Shown here: positions 1-9,923 of the stretch, piece by piece | How the letters are laid out: each line of letters starts with the position of its first letter | How positions within the stretch are numbered: position 1 is the first letter of the stretch | DNA from: a virus | Lineage: Duplodnaviria > Caudoviricetes | IMG/VR virus record: IMGVR_UViG_3300037721_000049 | Span: 1-47,950 of that record | Reading direction: 5' to 3' (one strand) | Length of the DNA stretch: 47,950 bases | Position numbers and translations under genes: made by a program | Notes under the pieces: model-generated | Database searches by the model: none | Told to the model about the DNA's origin: nothing | The model's input: only the letters and a program-made list of their open reading frames with translations

Positions 1-11
1 CGCAATCCTCT

Positions 12-51
12 GCCCCGGTGTCTCTCGGCGAACCGAGAGACCGGGGCTTTT
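12..51 (+). terminator. Rho-independent terminator, probably downstream of the major capsid gene on the circular map
   Basis: GCCCCGG(TG)TCTCTCGG-CGAA-CCGAGAGA-CCGGGGC stem-loop followed by TTTT. Confidence 0.7.
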
Positions 52-65
52 GAGGTAAGAGGATC

Positions 66-704
66 ATGGCTGCCTACGCAACGCGCGCCGATTTATTCCG
101 ATACGGACTCCCGCGCGGGATGCTCTCGAATCCGGGGCGGCTTTGCGCGTCGGTCGAGGACACCTCGGATCTGTTTGAGCTCGAGGGGCACGGATTCGAA
201 ACCAACGACGTTTTGCTTTTCCGCGCCGAGGATGGCGGCTCGATGCCGACGCCGCTCGTCGCCGGTGTCCCGTATTACGCGATCCGGATCTCGGAATCGA
301 CTTTCAAGGTCTCGCTCACCGCGGGCGGCGAGCCGGTCAATCTCACGGTCGACGGCGCCTCCGTCGTCGTCTCAATCGCGCTCCCCGTCGACGAGATCCT
401 CGAGTACTACTCGCGCTTCGTCGATGACGTTATCCCCGCTCATCTTGTCCCGCTAACCGCGCCCTATCCGACGACCGTCGTCGTTGCCGTCGCGACGCTC
501 GCCGCCAAGCGCCTCCTCTACATCGCGCAACAGTCGAGCGAGAGCATGGATGCCCTCGAGCTCGGCGAGCGGGCGAAGCTCGAGCGATGGGCGGCGCACG
601 TTCCGATTCGTGACCCTCGCGTGACGTCGAGCGCAAATCTCTCGGTCTCCGAGGGGTCGACCGCCGATCCGCGCAAGTGGGGCATCGGGGGGATCTTGCC
701 ATGA
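66..704 (+). CDS. Putative head-tail adaptor (Mu gp36-like) with an inserted beta-rich domain
   Basis: N-terminal MAAYATRADL pattern typical of adaptors; AGAGGA RBS; first gene after the capsid on the circular map; central HGFETND...YYAIRISESTFKVS insert. Confidence 0.55.
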   Translation: MAAYATRADLFRYGLPRGMLSNPGRLCASVEDTSDLFELEGHGFETNDVLLFRAEDGGSMPTPLVAGVPYYAIRISESTFKVSLTAGGEPVNLTVDGASVVVSIALPVDEILEYYSRFVDDVIPAHLVPLTAPYPTTVVVAVATLAAKRLLYIAQQSSESMDALELGERAKLERWAAHVPIRDPRVTSSANLSVSEGSTADPRKWGIGGILP

Positions 705-1117
705 ACGTCGGATTAAAAGGCGACATCGGCAAGATTCGATCGCTCGAGAAGTGGCTCAGCCGCCGCGAGCTACCGCGCGTCGTCGCCATCAAAGTCGCCG
801 AGAAAGTTGCGGTGACGATCTCGGCTCTCGCGCGAATTACGTTCAACGCAGGGCGAAACGCCTACGGCGACCTATGGGCACCCGGGTACGACGGCAACCC
901 GGTCGATCTCCGCGAGAGCGGCGCGCTTGCGTCGGGCGTCGCGTTCGTGGCGACTGGTACGAAGCTCCGCGCGCGGCTCGGTCCGGGATATGCGAAATAC
1001 GTCGTCGGCAAGCGCCCGATCTTTCCGACCGGCAAACTGCCGCCGGCATACGTTGACGCCATCCATCGCGACGCGGTCGCCGTGATCGGCGACGAGTTTA
1101 CGAAAGGGGTCGCGTAA
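701..1117 (+). CDS. Neck / virion morphogenesis protein
   Basis: ATGA overlap with the upstream gene; position; C-terminal GKRPIFP motif. Confidence 0.5.
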   Translation: MNVGLKGDIGKIRSLEKWLSRRELPRVVAIKVAEKVAVTISALARITFNAGRNAYGDLWAPGYDGNPVDLRESGALASGVAFVATGTKLRARLGPGYAKYVVGKRPIFPTGKLPPAYVDAIHRDAVAVIGDEFTKGVA

Positions 1118-1119
1118 CG

Positions 1120-1710
1120 ATGGGGCTTTACGCTATCGCCCGCGCGCTCGAGGCACGGCTCAAGACGCTACACGTCCCGATCCCCGTCCTCTATGTCCTC
1201 GGCGCCGAGCCGTCCTCGTCGCTCACGTCGGCGCGCGAGCGGATTGTCATCATCGAGCCGCGCGACGAAAAGAGCTCGCGCGTACTCCCGCCCCGCGGGA
1301 TCCATATCAACCCGCGTCATCCGGTGCGGATGGTCGATCCGGGCACGCTCCGGATCTATGCGCGCTCGGCGCTCACCGGTGCGGGCGACCAGGATCACGT
1401 CGACCGGGCGCACCGCATCCGCACGCAAGTGATCGCGCAAATCGAATACATCGCGCGCACGCGCAAAAACGTCATCGAGTGGGGCACGGGCGGTTTTATC
1501 AGTTTGCCCGATTCGGGAACGTCGGTCTTTGCCGGCACCGTTTACGAGCACGATTTTACGCTCGACTCGAGCGTCGAGGCGAGGACGTGGGAGGGCGACG
1601 CGCAACCGACGGTGACCGTCGGAACGGATGTCGAGATCGAAAGCACGACGATGGTGAGCGACGACGGCGGCGACGCGGGCACGCCGCCCGACGACGCCGA
1701 GGCGGTCTGA
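1120..1710 (+). CDS. Putative tail completion/terminator protein
   Basis: Lies immediately before the sheath gene; 196 aa. Confidence 0.45.
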   Translation: MGLYAIARALEARLKTLHVPIPVLYVLGAEPSSSLTSARERIVIIEPRDEKSSRVLPPRGIHINPRHPVRMVDPGTLRIYARSALTGAGDQDHVDRAHRIRTQVIAQIEYIARTRKNVIEWGTGGFISLPDSGTSVFAGTVYEHDFTLDSSVEARTWEGDAQPTVTVGTDVEIESTTMVSDDGGDAGTPPDDAEAV

Positions 1711-1723
1711 GGAGAGGGGAACC

Positions 1724-3433
1724 ATGGCTGATCTACCCGAGGCAACAATCCAGGTCGACGACGAAGCGAGCGCGCTCGCATCCGGCACCGACATTTTGAC
1801 GGTGCTCGCGTGCGTCGAGCGCAATGACGACGTCTTACCGCGCGTGTTCTCGTCAACGCGGGCGCTCCTCGAGCAACATGGATACTCCGAGGGCATCGAC
1901 TATTGCGCGCTCCATTTCGAGGAGACGGGCAAACCGGTCATCTTTATCGGCTTGCCCAAAGCGGTCGCGGGATCCATCGGTCGCGTCGACACCTCGGGCA
2001 ACACCGGGTCGAGCGCCGTTTCCGTTGCCGCCGGTGCGAGCGGCATCCTCGACGACGCCGAGGGGCATGTCACCGTCGCGGTCGGCGGCACCGTCGGGAC
2101 CGACCAGATCCAACTTGACCTTTCGCTCGACGGCGGCGAGACGTCGAAGCGCATCCGGATCGGCACCGCGACGACTTACACGGTCCCGTACCATGGGCAC
2201 GTTCTCACGCTCGGCGCGGGTACGCTCGCCGCCGGCGACGTCGTCTTGACGTACTCGGCGAAAGCGCCGCGATGGGATAGCGCCGGCATTACCGCCGCGC
2301 GCACCGTCCTCGCTGGCCAGCAAAAGCAATCGCGATCTTGGCTTGTGATCGGCGACCTCGTCGAGGAGCAAGACGCAAGCGACGTCCTCACCGCGATCAA
2401 CGCGTACGCGACGGTCAACGACCGATGCTCGCTCGCCCGCGTGCAGGTTCGCGATTACGCCCCGGCGGGCGTCGTGAGCGGCACTCCGACGTTGACCTTC
2501 GCGGAGGTCGGCGCGACCGGGGATACCATCACGCGATCGGCTGGCTCATGGATCACCGATGGCTTTATTCCGGGAATGGTGATCACCGTCGCCGGTACGG
2601 TGAGCAATAACGTTACCGGACCGATCTCCTCTCTTACGGCGACGGTGCTCACCATGGGCACAACCGACCTCGTTGCCGAGGGTCCCGTCGCCGGAACAGT
2701 CACCGCATCCGCCGAGCTCGACTCCAGTTGGGTCGCCGACATCGAGTCGGAATTCGAGGGCATCGCCGCCGCTCCCCGCATCGACATCGCCGCCGGTCGC
2801 GTCTATCGAAAATCGCCGATCACGCAATGGAAGGCGGCTCGCCCCGCCGCATGGGCAATCTCGGTTCGCGAGTACGGACCGCACGACGTGCAAGTGCCGA
2901 CGTGGCGCAAGGAGGACGGACCGCTCGCCGGATGGTCGCTCGAGAATGCCGCCGGCGAAGCGGTCATGCATGACGAGCGGGTCGACGGCGGGTTGCTACT
3001 CGCCGGCTTTAGCTGTCTCCGAACGTACGCGAACGGACCCTCGGGAACATTCGTCGCGATGTCGCTTACGCGCGCCGTCGATAGCTCGCTCCTCTCGCGT
3101 ACGCACAACATGCACGTCGCGAATATCGCGTGCAACGTCGCGCAAGCCGAGACCGAGAACGCGATCGGCATGGTTCTCGAGCTCAACACCAACGGAACGG
3201 GCACCGAGGCGAGTCTCAAGCTCCTCGAGGAGCGGGTCAACACGGCGCTCGCGATCAACCTCTTGCAACGGCGGAGCGACGGACCGCGGGCGAGCGATGC
3301 GAAATGGGTCGCGAGCCGATCCGACATCCTCAACGTCCCCGGGGCGGAATTGAATGGCGTTCTCGATCTCCGACTCAACGGAACGATCGAAAAAATTCAT
3401 ACGCGCGTGCGCGTCGTCACGGCGGGGGGGTGA
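1724..3433 (+). CDS. Contractile tail sheath protein
   Basis: 569 aa; GGAGAGGGGA RBS; precedes a tube-sized gene; sheath-like C-terminus (HDER...GFSCLRTY). Confidence 0.75.
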   Translation: MADLPEATIQVDDEASALASGTDILTVLACVERNDDVLPRVFSSTRALLEQHGYSEGIDYCALHFEETGKPVIFIGLPKAVAGSIGRVDTSGNTGSSAVSVAAGASGILDDAEGHVTVAVGGTVGTDQIQLDLSLDGGETSKRIRIGTATTYTVPYHGHVLTLGAGTLAAGDVVLTYSAKAPRWDSAGITAARTVLAGQQKQSRSWLVIGDLVEEQDASDVLTAINAYATVNDRCSLARVQVRDYAPAGVVSGTPTLTFAEVGATGDTITRSAGSWITDGFIPGMVITVAGTVSNNVTGPISSLTATVLTMGTTDLVAEGPVAGTVTASAELDSSWVADIESEFEGIAAAPRIDIAAGRVYRKSPITQWKAARPAAWAISVREYGPHDVQVPTWRKEDGPLAGWSLENAAGEAVMHDERVDGGLLLAGFSCLRTYANGPSGTFVAMSLTRAVDSSLLSRTHNMHVANIACNVAQAETENAIGMVLELNTNGTGTEASLKLLEERVNTALAINLLQRRSDGPRASDAKWVASRSDILNVPGAELNGVLDLRLNGTIEKIHTRVRVVTAGG

Positions 3434-3436
3434 TCA

Positions 3437-3898
3437 ATGGCTGAATATCCGACACTCAACGAGGTCGAGCCCAGTTGGGCGGACATCAAAGTAAGCATCC
3501 CGATCCATGACGGGCAAACGATCGTGACGCCCGAGATCGCCGCTATCAAATGGAGCGACAAGGTCGACGTGGGCGTCGCGCGCGGCACGAACGGCGGGCG
3601 CAAGACGAAACGCACGACCGGTCAATACGACTGCGAGGCGGCGGTCACGTTCTATCGGAGCGGTTGGAAAACGCTCCGCGATGGGCTCGCAATGAAGGAC
3701 AAGCGGATCTCGCTCGTCGGCTTTGACATTCTCATTCAGCACACCCCGCCGGGCACAAGCCAGATTTTCAACGTCAAGATCGTCGGCTGTCGCATTCTCG
3801 GTCGGAGTGTCGACATGACGGAGGGCGCGGATCCCGAGAAAATTGAGATCCCCGTCAATCCCATGCTCATCGAGGAGGACGGAGTCACGCTCTTGTGA
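3437..3898 (+). CDS. Tail tube protein
   Basis: 153 aa directly after the sheath; SWADIK and RTTGQY tube-like motifs. Confidence 0.75.
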   Translation: MAEYPTLNEVEPSWADIKVSIPIHDGQTIVTPEIAAIKWSDKVDVGVARGTNGGRKTKRTTGQYDCEAAVTFYRSGWKTLRDGLAMKDKRISLVGFDILIQHTPPGTSQIFNVKIVGCRILGRSVDMTEGADPEKIEIPVNPMLIEEDGVTLL

Positions 3899-3922
3899 TC
3901 GCCGCCCCGGAAAGGTTTCGCA

Positions 3923-4363
3923 ATGGAAGAAGGTAACGGAGTGAGCTCGGCGGGCTCGCGCATTCAAGAGATCGAGGAGCGTCGCGCCAAGCGCAAAGAG
4001 TCCATCGCCAAAGCGCGCGAGGAGCAATATGCGGTCGACCTCGAGGCGGTCGACAAGCTCGAGGAGGAGCTTGGCGCCGATCGCCTCGGCGTCTTGCATA
4101 CCCCCTCTTTCGTCGCGGGGCTCCCGACGCTCGTCGTCGTCAAGACACCGAGCTCGAGCTTTTTTAATCGGTTTCGCTCGATGGTGAGAAAGGCGGGGCA
4201 AAAGACGGTTGAGATCGGGACGGCGAAGGATTTGCTCGCCGACGTTTGCGTCGCGTATCCGCCCGACGAGGTTTACAAGCGGATGAAAGAGGAGTGGCCA
4301 TCGATTCACGACAGTGTCGGGATCGAGGCGGTGCGCCTCGGCGAGGCGGAGGGAAAAGCTTGA
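3923..4363 (+). CDS. Tail assembly chaperone (gpG-like)
   Basis: Between tube and tape measure; ends in slippery G GGA AAA just before its stop. Confidence 0.7.
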   Translation: MEEGNGVSSAGSRIQEIEERRAKRKESIAKAREEQYAVDLEAVDKLEEELGADRLGVLHTPSFVAGLPTLVVVKTPSSSFFNRFRSMVRKAGQKTVEIGTAKDLLADVCVAYPPDEVYKRMKEEWPSIHDSVGIEAVRLGEAEGKA

Positions 4364-4521
4364 CCGAGTCCGTCGGCTCGGCGCAACGGAGCGCCGTCGT
4401 ACTCGGAGAATGTTTCATGGCATGGCGCCGCGGAGATGACACCGACGAAGCGAGAGCCGGGGCGATTGTATTCGCGGAATGTGTGAACCTCGTTCGCTCG
4501 GCTTGCGGCGCGAAAAAGTGA
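4351..4521 (+). other. Programmed -1 frameshift site GGGAAAA (4351-4357) and gpGT-like extension to TGA 4519-4521
   Basis: X XXY YYZ heptamer in the chaperone frame; the -1 frame (KSLTESVG...GAKK) stays open to 9 nt before the tape measure start. Confidence 0.7.
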
Positions 4522-4530
4522 GCGGGGAAA

Positions 4531-6480
4531 ATGGCAACGGACGGGACGCAATACCTCATCGAGCTCGCCGCCAAGTTCAGCGGCGGCGATGCCGCGGTCG
4601 CGACCGTTGCCGATCTCGGTGACAAGATGCTCGCCGCGGGCGCGACCGCGCAAAGCCTCGACGATGCGATGAAACTCGCCTCGACCTCGCTCGACGACGC
4701 CGCGACCGCCGCCGCCAAAGCGAGCGCCGAGGTTGCCGCGAGCGAGGCGAAATACAAGGCGGCGGAGATGGCGGCGGATCGTGCGGCGAAAGCGGTCGAG
4801 CGAATCGGCGCGGCGGCGCAAGCGGAGACCGGCAAGCTCCAAGCCGCCCTCGACATCGGCGACACCTCGGCGATCTCGCGCGCGGAGAAACGTATTTGGG
4901 CTTTCGCGGTCCGAGAGCAAGAGGCGACCGCGGCGGCAACGCAATTGACGGCGGCGCTCAAGGGCGAGGCGACGGCGCTCGACCTCATCAAAGACAAGGC
5001 GACGGCGGCGACCGCGACCCATGACAATCTGAAAAAGGGTCTCGTCAATATCAAGGGCGCCGCGGAGAAAGCCGCCAAGCTCGAGGCGGCGGCAAAGGGC
5101 TCCGGCAAGGTCAACGAGATGGCGGAGGCGATGGGCAAGCTCGGCGGTCCCGCGGGCGTTGCCGGTCAAAAGGTCCTCGGCGTCGCGACGGGGTTTTCGA
5201 AGCTCAAGGGCGCGATGGGAACGGCGGGACCCTATGTCGCTGTCGCCGTCGCCATTGTGGCGATTGCCTCCGCCGCCATGGTCGCGACGGTCGCGATCGC
5301 GCAATGGGCGGTAGGGCTCGCCGATGTCAACCGCACGCAAGGTCTCCTCGCGCAAGGCATCGACCAAAGCGTCGAGGGCGGCGACCGGCTCAACGCCAAG
5401 ATCGGCGACCTTAGCAAGACGGTCCCGCAATCGCGGGCGGAGCTTGCCTCAATGGCGAGCGACCTCGCAAAGACGGGGCTCCGCGGCGAGGCGCTCACCG
5501 ATGCGCTCGAGGATGCCGCCGTGAAAGCCGCCAAGGTCAAATGGGGTCCCGACTTTGCGCGGCAAATGACATCGATGGACGTGCAGTCGCGACGGTTCGG
5601 GGAGAACCTCAACGACGTTTTCGGCGGCTTGAAGATCGACGGGTTGCTCGACGCGTTTGCGGCGCTCGTCGCGCTTTTCGATTCGTCGAGCGCGAGTGGG
5701 CAAGCAATGAAATTTCTATTTGAGTCGCTGTTCCAACCGCTCATCGACACCGCGGTCGAGGTTATGCCCAAGATCGAGCGCATGTTTTTGCACGCGGTGA
5801 TTTGGGCGCTCAAAGCCTATATCGCGCTCAAGCCTTTCACCGACGAAATCAAAATGGTCGGCATGCTGCTCCTCGTCGGCGTCGGCGCGATCGTCGGCGT
5901 TCTCGCGGTCGCATTCGCCGTCGTCGCTGTCGCCATTGTCGCCGTCGTTGCGGCATTCGGGGCGCTCGTCGTCGCATTCGGCGCGGTGCTCTATGGGATC
6001 TATCAACTCGGCGTCGCGATATACGAGGGATTCGGTCCCGCCGTCGATTGGCTGAAAAACCTCGGGTCGAACATGATCCAAGGGCTCATCGACGGGATCA
6101 CCGGCGGGGCGGCGAAAGTCGTCAAGGCGATGACCGATGTCGTCAAGGGCGGCGTCGACGCGGTTGCCAACTTTCTCGGGATACACTCGCGGTCGCAAGT
6201 GCTTTTTGACATAGGCGGCAACACCGCCGAGGGATTTACGGGCGGCGTCAAGGGCGGGGCGGCGGATGCACAAGGCGCCCTCGAGGCGATGGTCGCTCCG
6301 CCGAGTGCAGGGGGGGCGCGCGCGGGCGGGCTTGGCGGCGGCGGGATCTCGATCTCGATTGGCGCCATCTCCGTCAATGGCGAGAACGCCAAAGCGCAAG
6401 CGCTCGACTTTATCGATCAACTCCGTTCGGCGCTCGAGTCGGAGGGTCTCACCCTTGGCGGCGGTGAGGTGCCAGCTTGA
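4531..6480 (+). CDS. Tape measure protein
   Basis: 649 aa, Ala-rich and helical with hydrophobic stretches; C-terminal LGIHSRSQV (GIxSPS-like); follows the chaperone. Confidence 0.8.
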   Translation: MATDGTQYLIELAAKFSGGDAAVATVADLGDKMLAAGATAQSLDDAMKLASTSLDDAATAAAKASAEVAASEAKYKAAEMAADRAAKAVERIGAAAQAETGKLQAALDIGDTSAISRAEKRIWAFAVREQEATAAATQLTAALKGEATALDLIKDKATAATATHDNLKKGLVNIKGAAEKAAKLEAAAKGSGKVNEMAEAMGKLGGPAGVAGQKVLGVATGFSKLKGAMGTAGPYVAVAVAIVAIASAAMVATVAIAQWAVGLADVNRTQGLLAQGIDQSVEGGDRLNAKIGDLSKTVPQSRAELASMASDLAKTGLRGEALTDALEDAAVKAAKVKWGPDFARQMTSMDVQSRRFGENLNDVFGGLKIDGLLDAFAALVALFDSSSASGQAMKFLFESLFQPLIDTAVEVMPKIERMFLHAVIWALKAYIALKPFTDEIKMVGMLLLVGVGAIVGVLAVAFAVVAVAIVAVVAAFGALVVAFGAVLYGIYQLGVAIYEGFGPAVDWLKNLGSNMIQGLIDGITGGAAKVVKAMTDVVKGGVDAVANFLGIHSRSQVLFDIGGNTAEGFTGGVKGGAADAQGALEAMVAPPSAGGARAGGLGGGGISISIGAISVNGENAKAQALDFIDQLRSALESEGLTLGGGEVPA

Positions 6481-7028
6481 TAAATCCTATAGACCACTCG
6501 GAGCTATACGACTCGATCGAGCTCGCCGGCAAACGCTCGCCCGGGCAAGTCACGCTCTCGGGTCACGACCGAAACCAGAAATGGGACATCAAAGACGCCG
6601 ACGGAGCGGGGGGCGCATCGACGACGCTCAAGGGCGAGCAAGTCGCCCAATTTCAAGCCTCGTTCTATCTCGTCAAGGATCCGGTCCTCGGGGTCGACGA
6701 CTTCGCGGCGTGGGATGCATTCGCCTCCATCATTCGAAAGTCGATCCCCAATAGCGGCAAGCCGACGGCGCTGAAAATCTACCATCCGGATCTGGCGGCG
6801 AACGACATCAAGAGCGTCTCGCAAGCGTCGATCGGCGGCATGGTGCATGACGGCAAGGGCGGCGCGACCGTCGTCGTCAAGTTTCTCGAGTTTCGCCCCG
6901 CGAAAAAGAAGGGCGGATCGCCGACCGCGACGAAATCGTCGACCGCGGGCGCCAATGCCAAGCCGGATCCCAATGCGGATCTCAAAGCGGTCATCGTTGG
7001 GTTGACGGCGGAGGCTCGGCGCCCATGA
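6477..7028 (+). CDS. Baseplate / tail tube initiator-like protein
   Basis: Position after the tape measure; TTGA overlap. Confidence 0.5.
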   Translation: MINPIDHSELYDSIELAGKRSPGQVTLSGHDRNQKWDIKDADGAGGASTTLKGEQVAQFQASFYLVKDPVLGVDDFAAWDAFASIIRKSIPNSGKPTALKIYHPDLAANDIKSVSQASIGGMVHDGKGGATVVVKFLEFRPAKKKGGSPTATKSSTAGANAKPDPNADLKAVIVGLTAEARRP

Positions 7029-8128
7029 GCACAGCGACGATCGCTGGGAAACGCGTCACACACGCTCGTTTGCATCTTTCCGCATGGGGGATCCCTTGGG
7101 CGGAGGTGTCGATCGACGAGGAGGCGACGCTCACCGGGCGCGTCTCGCTCGCCATTGCCGATCTCACGCTGTCCGGCACCGTCATGTCGGGGGGCGTCGG
7201 TCCGGTCGGGCGTTCTCGCGTGCGGCTCGCCGGCGGGGCGGGCGGTTGGGGCAAGACGCTCCGGGCGCGGAGCTACGCGAACGACGCGGGGATCAAGGCG
7301 TCGGCGGTGCTCGCGGATGCGGCGCGCGAGTGCGGCGAATCGTTCGACGTGACGACGCTCCCCGGTGACACGCGGCTCGGCGGCACGTGGGTACGCGAGG
7401 AGGCGCCCGCGGCTCGCACGCTCGAGCAGATCGTGCCCTCGGGCTGGTACGTCGGCACCGATGGGATGACCCGCATCGGCAAGCGCACCGCGGCAACGCT
7501 CACGACACCGGCGGCGATCTCCGCGGTCGACCGCTCGAGACGGACGGTCGCGCTCGCCGCCGAGTCGATTGCCGCGATTGTGCCGGGCATCGTCGTCGAG
7601 GGCATCGAGGCGGTCGACGTCCTCCACGAGCTCGCGCCCGAGAGCGGTCTACGCACGACGATATGGGGCACCGCCGGCGGCGACGCGAGTCGGAGCCTTG
7701 CCGCCCTCCGCCGCATCGTCGATCAACTCGACCCCGATCGGCGCTTTCGCGGGATCTATGAATATCGGATCGTTTCGCAAGAGGGCGAGCGGCTCAACTT
7801 GCAACCGATCCGCGTCTCGCTGGGAATGCCCGATCTGCCGCGCGTACCGGTGCGCCCCGGCATTCCCGGAGCGAGCGCGACGCACCGGGTCGGCGCCCGC
7901 GTTCTCGTCGGCTTCGTCGACGCGTCGCAAGCGCGCCCGGTCGTCATCGGATTCGAGGACGCCGAGGGCGACGGATTCGCGCCCCCGATCCTCGAGCTCG
8001 ACGCCGATGCCTCCATCGTACTCGGGGCGGGCGGCGTGCTCGGCGCGGCTCGGTTCTCCGACCCCGTCATCGCCGGACCCTTCGCGGGAACCATTACGGG
8101 CGGATCGATGAAAACGAGGATCGCCTAA
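7025..8128 (+). CDS. Baseplate hub / central spike protein
   Basis: Position; C-terminal spike-like GARVLVGFVDASQARPVV motif. Confidence 0.55.
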   Translation: MSTATIAGKRVTHARLHLSAWGIPWAEVSIDEEATLTGRVSLAIADLTLSGTVMSGGVGPVGRSRVRLAGGAGGWGKTLRARSYANDAGIKASAVLADAARECGESFDVTTLPGDTRLGGTWVREEAPAARTLEQIVPSGWYVGTDGMTRIGKRTAATLTTPAAISAVDRSRRTVALAAESIAAIVPGIVVEGIEAVDVLHELAPESGLRTTIWGTAGGDASRSLAALRRIVDQLDPDRRFRGIYEYRIVSQEGERLNLQPIRVSLGMPDLPRVPVRPGIPGASATHRVGARVLVGFVDASQARPVVIGFEDAEGDGFAPPILELDADASIVLGAGGVLGAARFSDPVIAGPFAGTITGGSMKTRIA

Positions 8129-8346
8129 TGGCTCTCAACGCACCGATCCTCGCCAATGCGATCAAGGAGGCGCTCCTCGCCAATCCCGCGACGGGCGCGC
8201 AAGACAACGAGGCGCTTGCCGCGGTATGCAACGCGATCGCGACCGCCATCGTTGCGCACATTACGACGACCGCGGTTGTCGTGCCAGCGCTCCTCGTCGC
8301 TCCGCCCGGAGGGGGTCCCGTCACCGGGGTCGGTGTGATCACATGA
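8128..8346 (+). CDS. Small baseplate protein (possible spike tip)
   Basis: 72 aa, coupled on both sides; GGGPVTG C-terminus. Confidence 0.45.
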   Translation: MALNAPILANAIKEALLANPATGAQDNEALAAVCNAIATAIVAHITTTAVVVPALLVAPPGGGPVTGVGVIT

Positions 8347-8759
8347 CGATCGATTTCGGGCTCGACCTCTCCTCGCTCGACGACGTCGACGAGACCCGCA
8401 CCGTCACCGGTGTCGAGCTCGTCGCACAGGATGCGCTATGGCGACTCAGAACGCCGCACGCGATGGGCATCCTCGAAGCCGACGCGCCCGACTATGGGCT
8501 CGACCTCGAGGGCGCCATCGGGCGGAGCGACTCCCCCTCCGAGGCGGCGTCGCTACCCGACCGCATCCGCGCCGAGCTCATGAGCGACGAGCGGATCCTA
8601 TCGGTTGAGTCCGACGTCGTGCGCACCGTCGAGGGTCCCGCCGTCACGTATGCGATCCGCATCCGTTGCGACACCGCGGAGGGTCCTTTCGAGCTTGTCG
8701 GCGCCGCCGACGCGACGGGGCTCGAGCTCGCGGCAAAGCTACTCCCGGGGGGGGTTTGA
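8343..8759 (+). CDS. Baseplate wedge protein (gp25/gpW-like)
   Basis: RLRTP, DYGLDL and DERI motifs; precedes baseplate J; ATG at 8343. Confidence 0.65.
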   Translation: MTIDFGLDLSSLDDVDETRTVTGVELVAQDALWRLRTPHAMGILEADAPDYGLDLEGAIGRSDSPSEAASLPDRIRAELMSDERILSVESDVVRTVEGPAVTYAIRIRCDTAEGPFELVGAADATGLELAAKLLPGGV

Positions 8760-9923
8760 ATGGCGACTCTGACATTGACCGAGCTCCTTGCCGCGGTACC
8801 GCTCGCCGATTGGAAAGCGCGGATCGTGAGCGTCTCCGCGCGCGTCGGGCTCAAAACGACCAATTGGGCGGATGGCGGTTTCACTCGGACGGTCGTCGCG
8901 CTGTTCGCCCAATTCTACGCAATCGGCGGCGACATCGTTCGGATCATCGCCGCGGGCGGGTACCTCGATCACGCCGAGGGCAATTGGCTCACGCTCCTCG
9001 CTTGGAACGGTTTCGGGGTCGAGCGCATCCAGGCGACCTATGCCTCGGCGGTCGGCGGGATCACGCTCACGAATACGGGCGGCGGTCTCTATGTGCTCGA
9101 GCCGGGTGACCTCATCGTCGCCCATTTCACGACGAAAAAAACGTACCGCAATACGACCGGCGGCACCTTGAGCCCCGGGGTCGGGCAAAAGCTCACGCTC
9201 GACCTCGTCGCCGAGGAGGCGGGCTCGGACAGTGGGGCGACCGTCGGCGCGATCACCGGTCTCATTACGACCAATCTCGGAGTCACCGTCTCCAATGAGG
9301 TCGAGCTCGCCGGTCTCGACGAGGAGAGCGACGTCGCCTTGCGACAGCGGTGCCGCGATTCGCGGGCGGCAAGCTCGGTCGGCGGGACGAAACGAGCCTA
9401 CGAGTACTTTGCAAAAAGCGCCGTTCGCGCGAATGGCACCTCCATCGGCGTGACCCGCGTACGCGTCATGCCAGCGCTCGGCGACGGCACCTTGACTGTT
9501 TACATCGCCGGTGCGGGCGGAGCGATTACCGCGCCCGACGTCGCCATTGTGCAAGCGATCTTCGACGCGCAAGTCAATCCGCACGGGCTCGACGCGACCG
9601 CCGTGAGCGCAACGAACAAACCCATCGATCCGCCGGTCACCGTTTGGATCCCCGCGTCGCTCGGTCTCACCACTGCCGAGGCACAAAAGGCGGTGCATGA
9701 TGCGCTAAGGGAATATGTCTGGTCGCTCCCGATCGGCGGGACCATCATTCCCCCGACCGGCGGGCGCGTCTATTGGCGGGCGCTCCTTGCCGTCGCGGCG
9801 GGCGCTATCCCAGGCACGCTCAAGGCTCAAATGGCCTCCGAGGTCGACGTCACTGTCGCCGACGGCGAGGTGCCGGTATGGGCGGGCGTCGCCGCCGACG
9901 TCACCGTTAACCAGGTTCCCTAA
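8760..9923 (+). CDS. Baseplate J-like protein
   Basis: AEEAGSDS, GLDEESDVALRQRC and GGTKRAYEYFA motifs. Confidence 0.85.
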   Translation: MATLTLTELLAAVPLADWKARIVSVSARVGLKTTNWADGGFTRTVVALFAQFYAIGGDIVRIIAAGGYLDHAEGNWLTLLAWNGFGVERIQATYASAVGGITLTNTGGGLYVLEPGDLIVAHFTTKKTYRNTTGGTLSPGVGQKLTLDLVAEEAGSDSGATVGAITGLITTNLGVTVSNEVELAGLDEESDVALRQRCRDSRAASSVGGTKRAYEYFAKSAVRANGTSIGVTRVRVMPALGDGTLTVYIAGAGGAITAPDVAIVQAIFDAQVNPHGLDATAVSATNKPIDPPVTVWIPASLGLTTAEAQKAVHDALREYVWSLPIGGTIIPPTGGRVYWRALLAVAAGAIPGTLKAQMASEVDVTVADGEVPVWAGVAADVTVNQVP

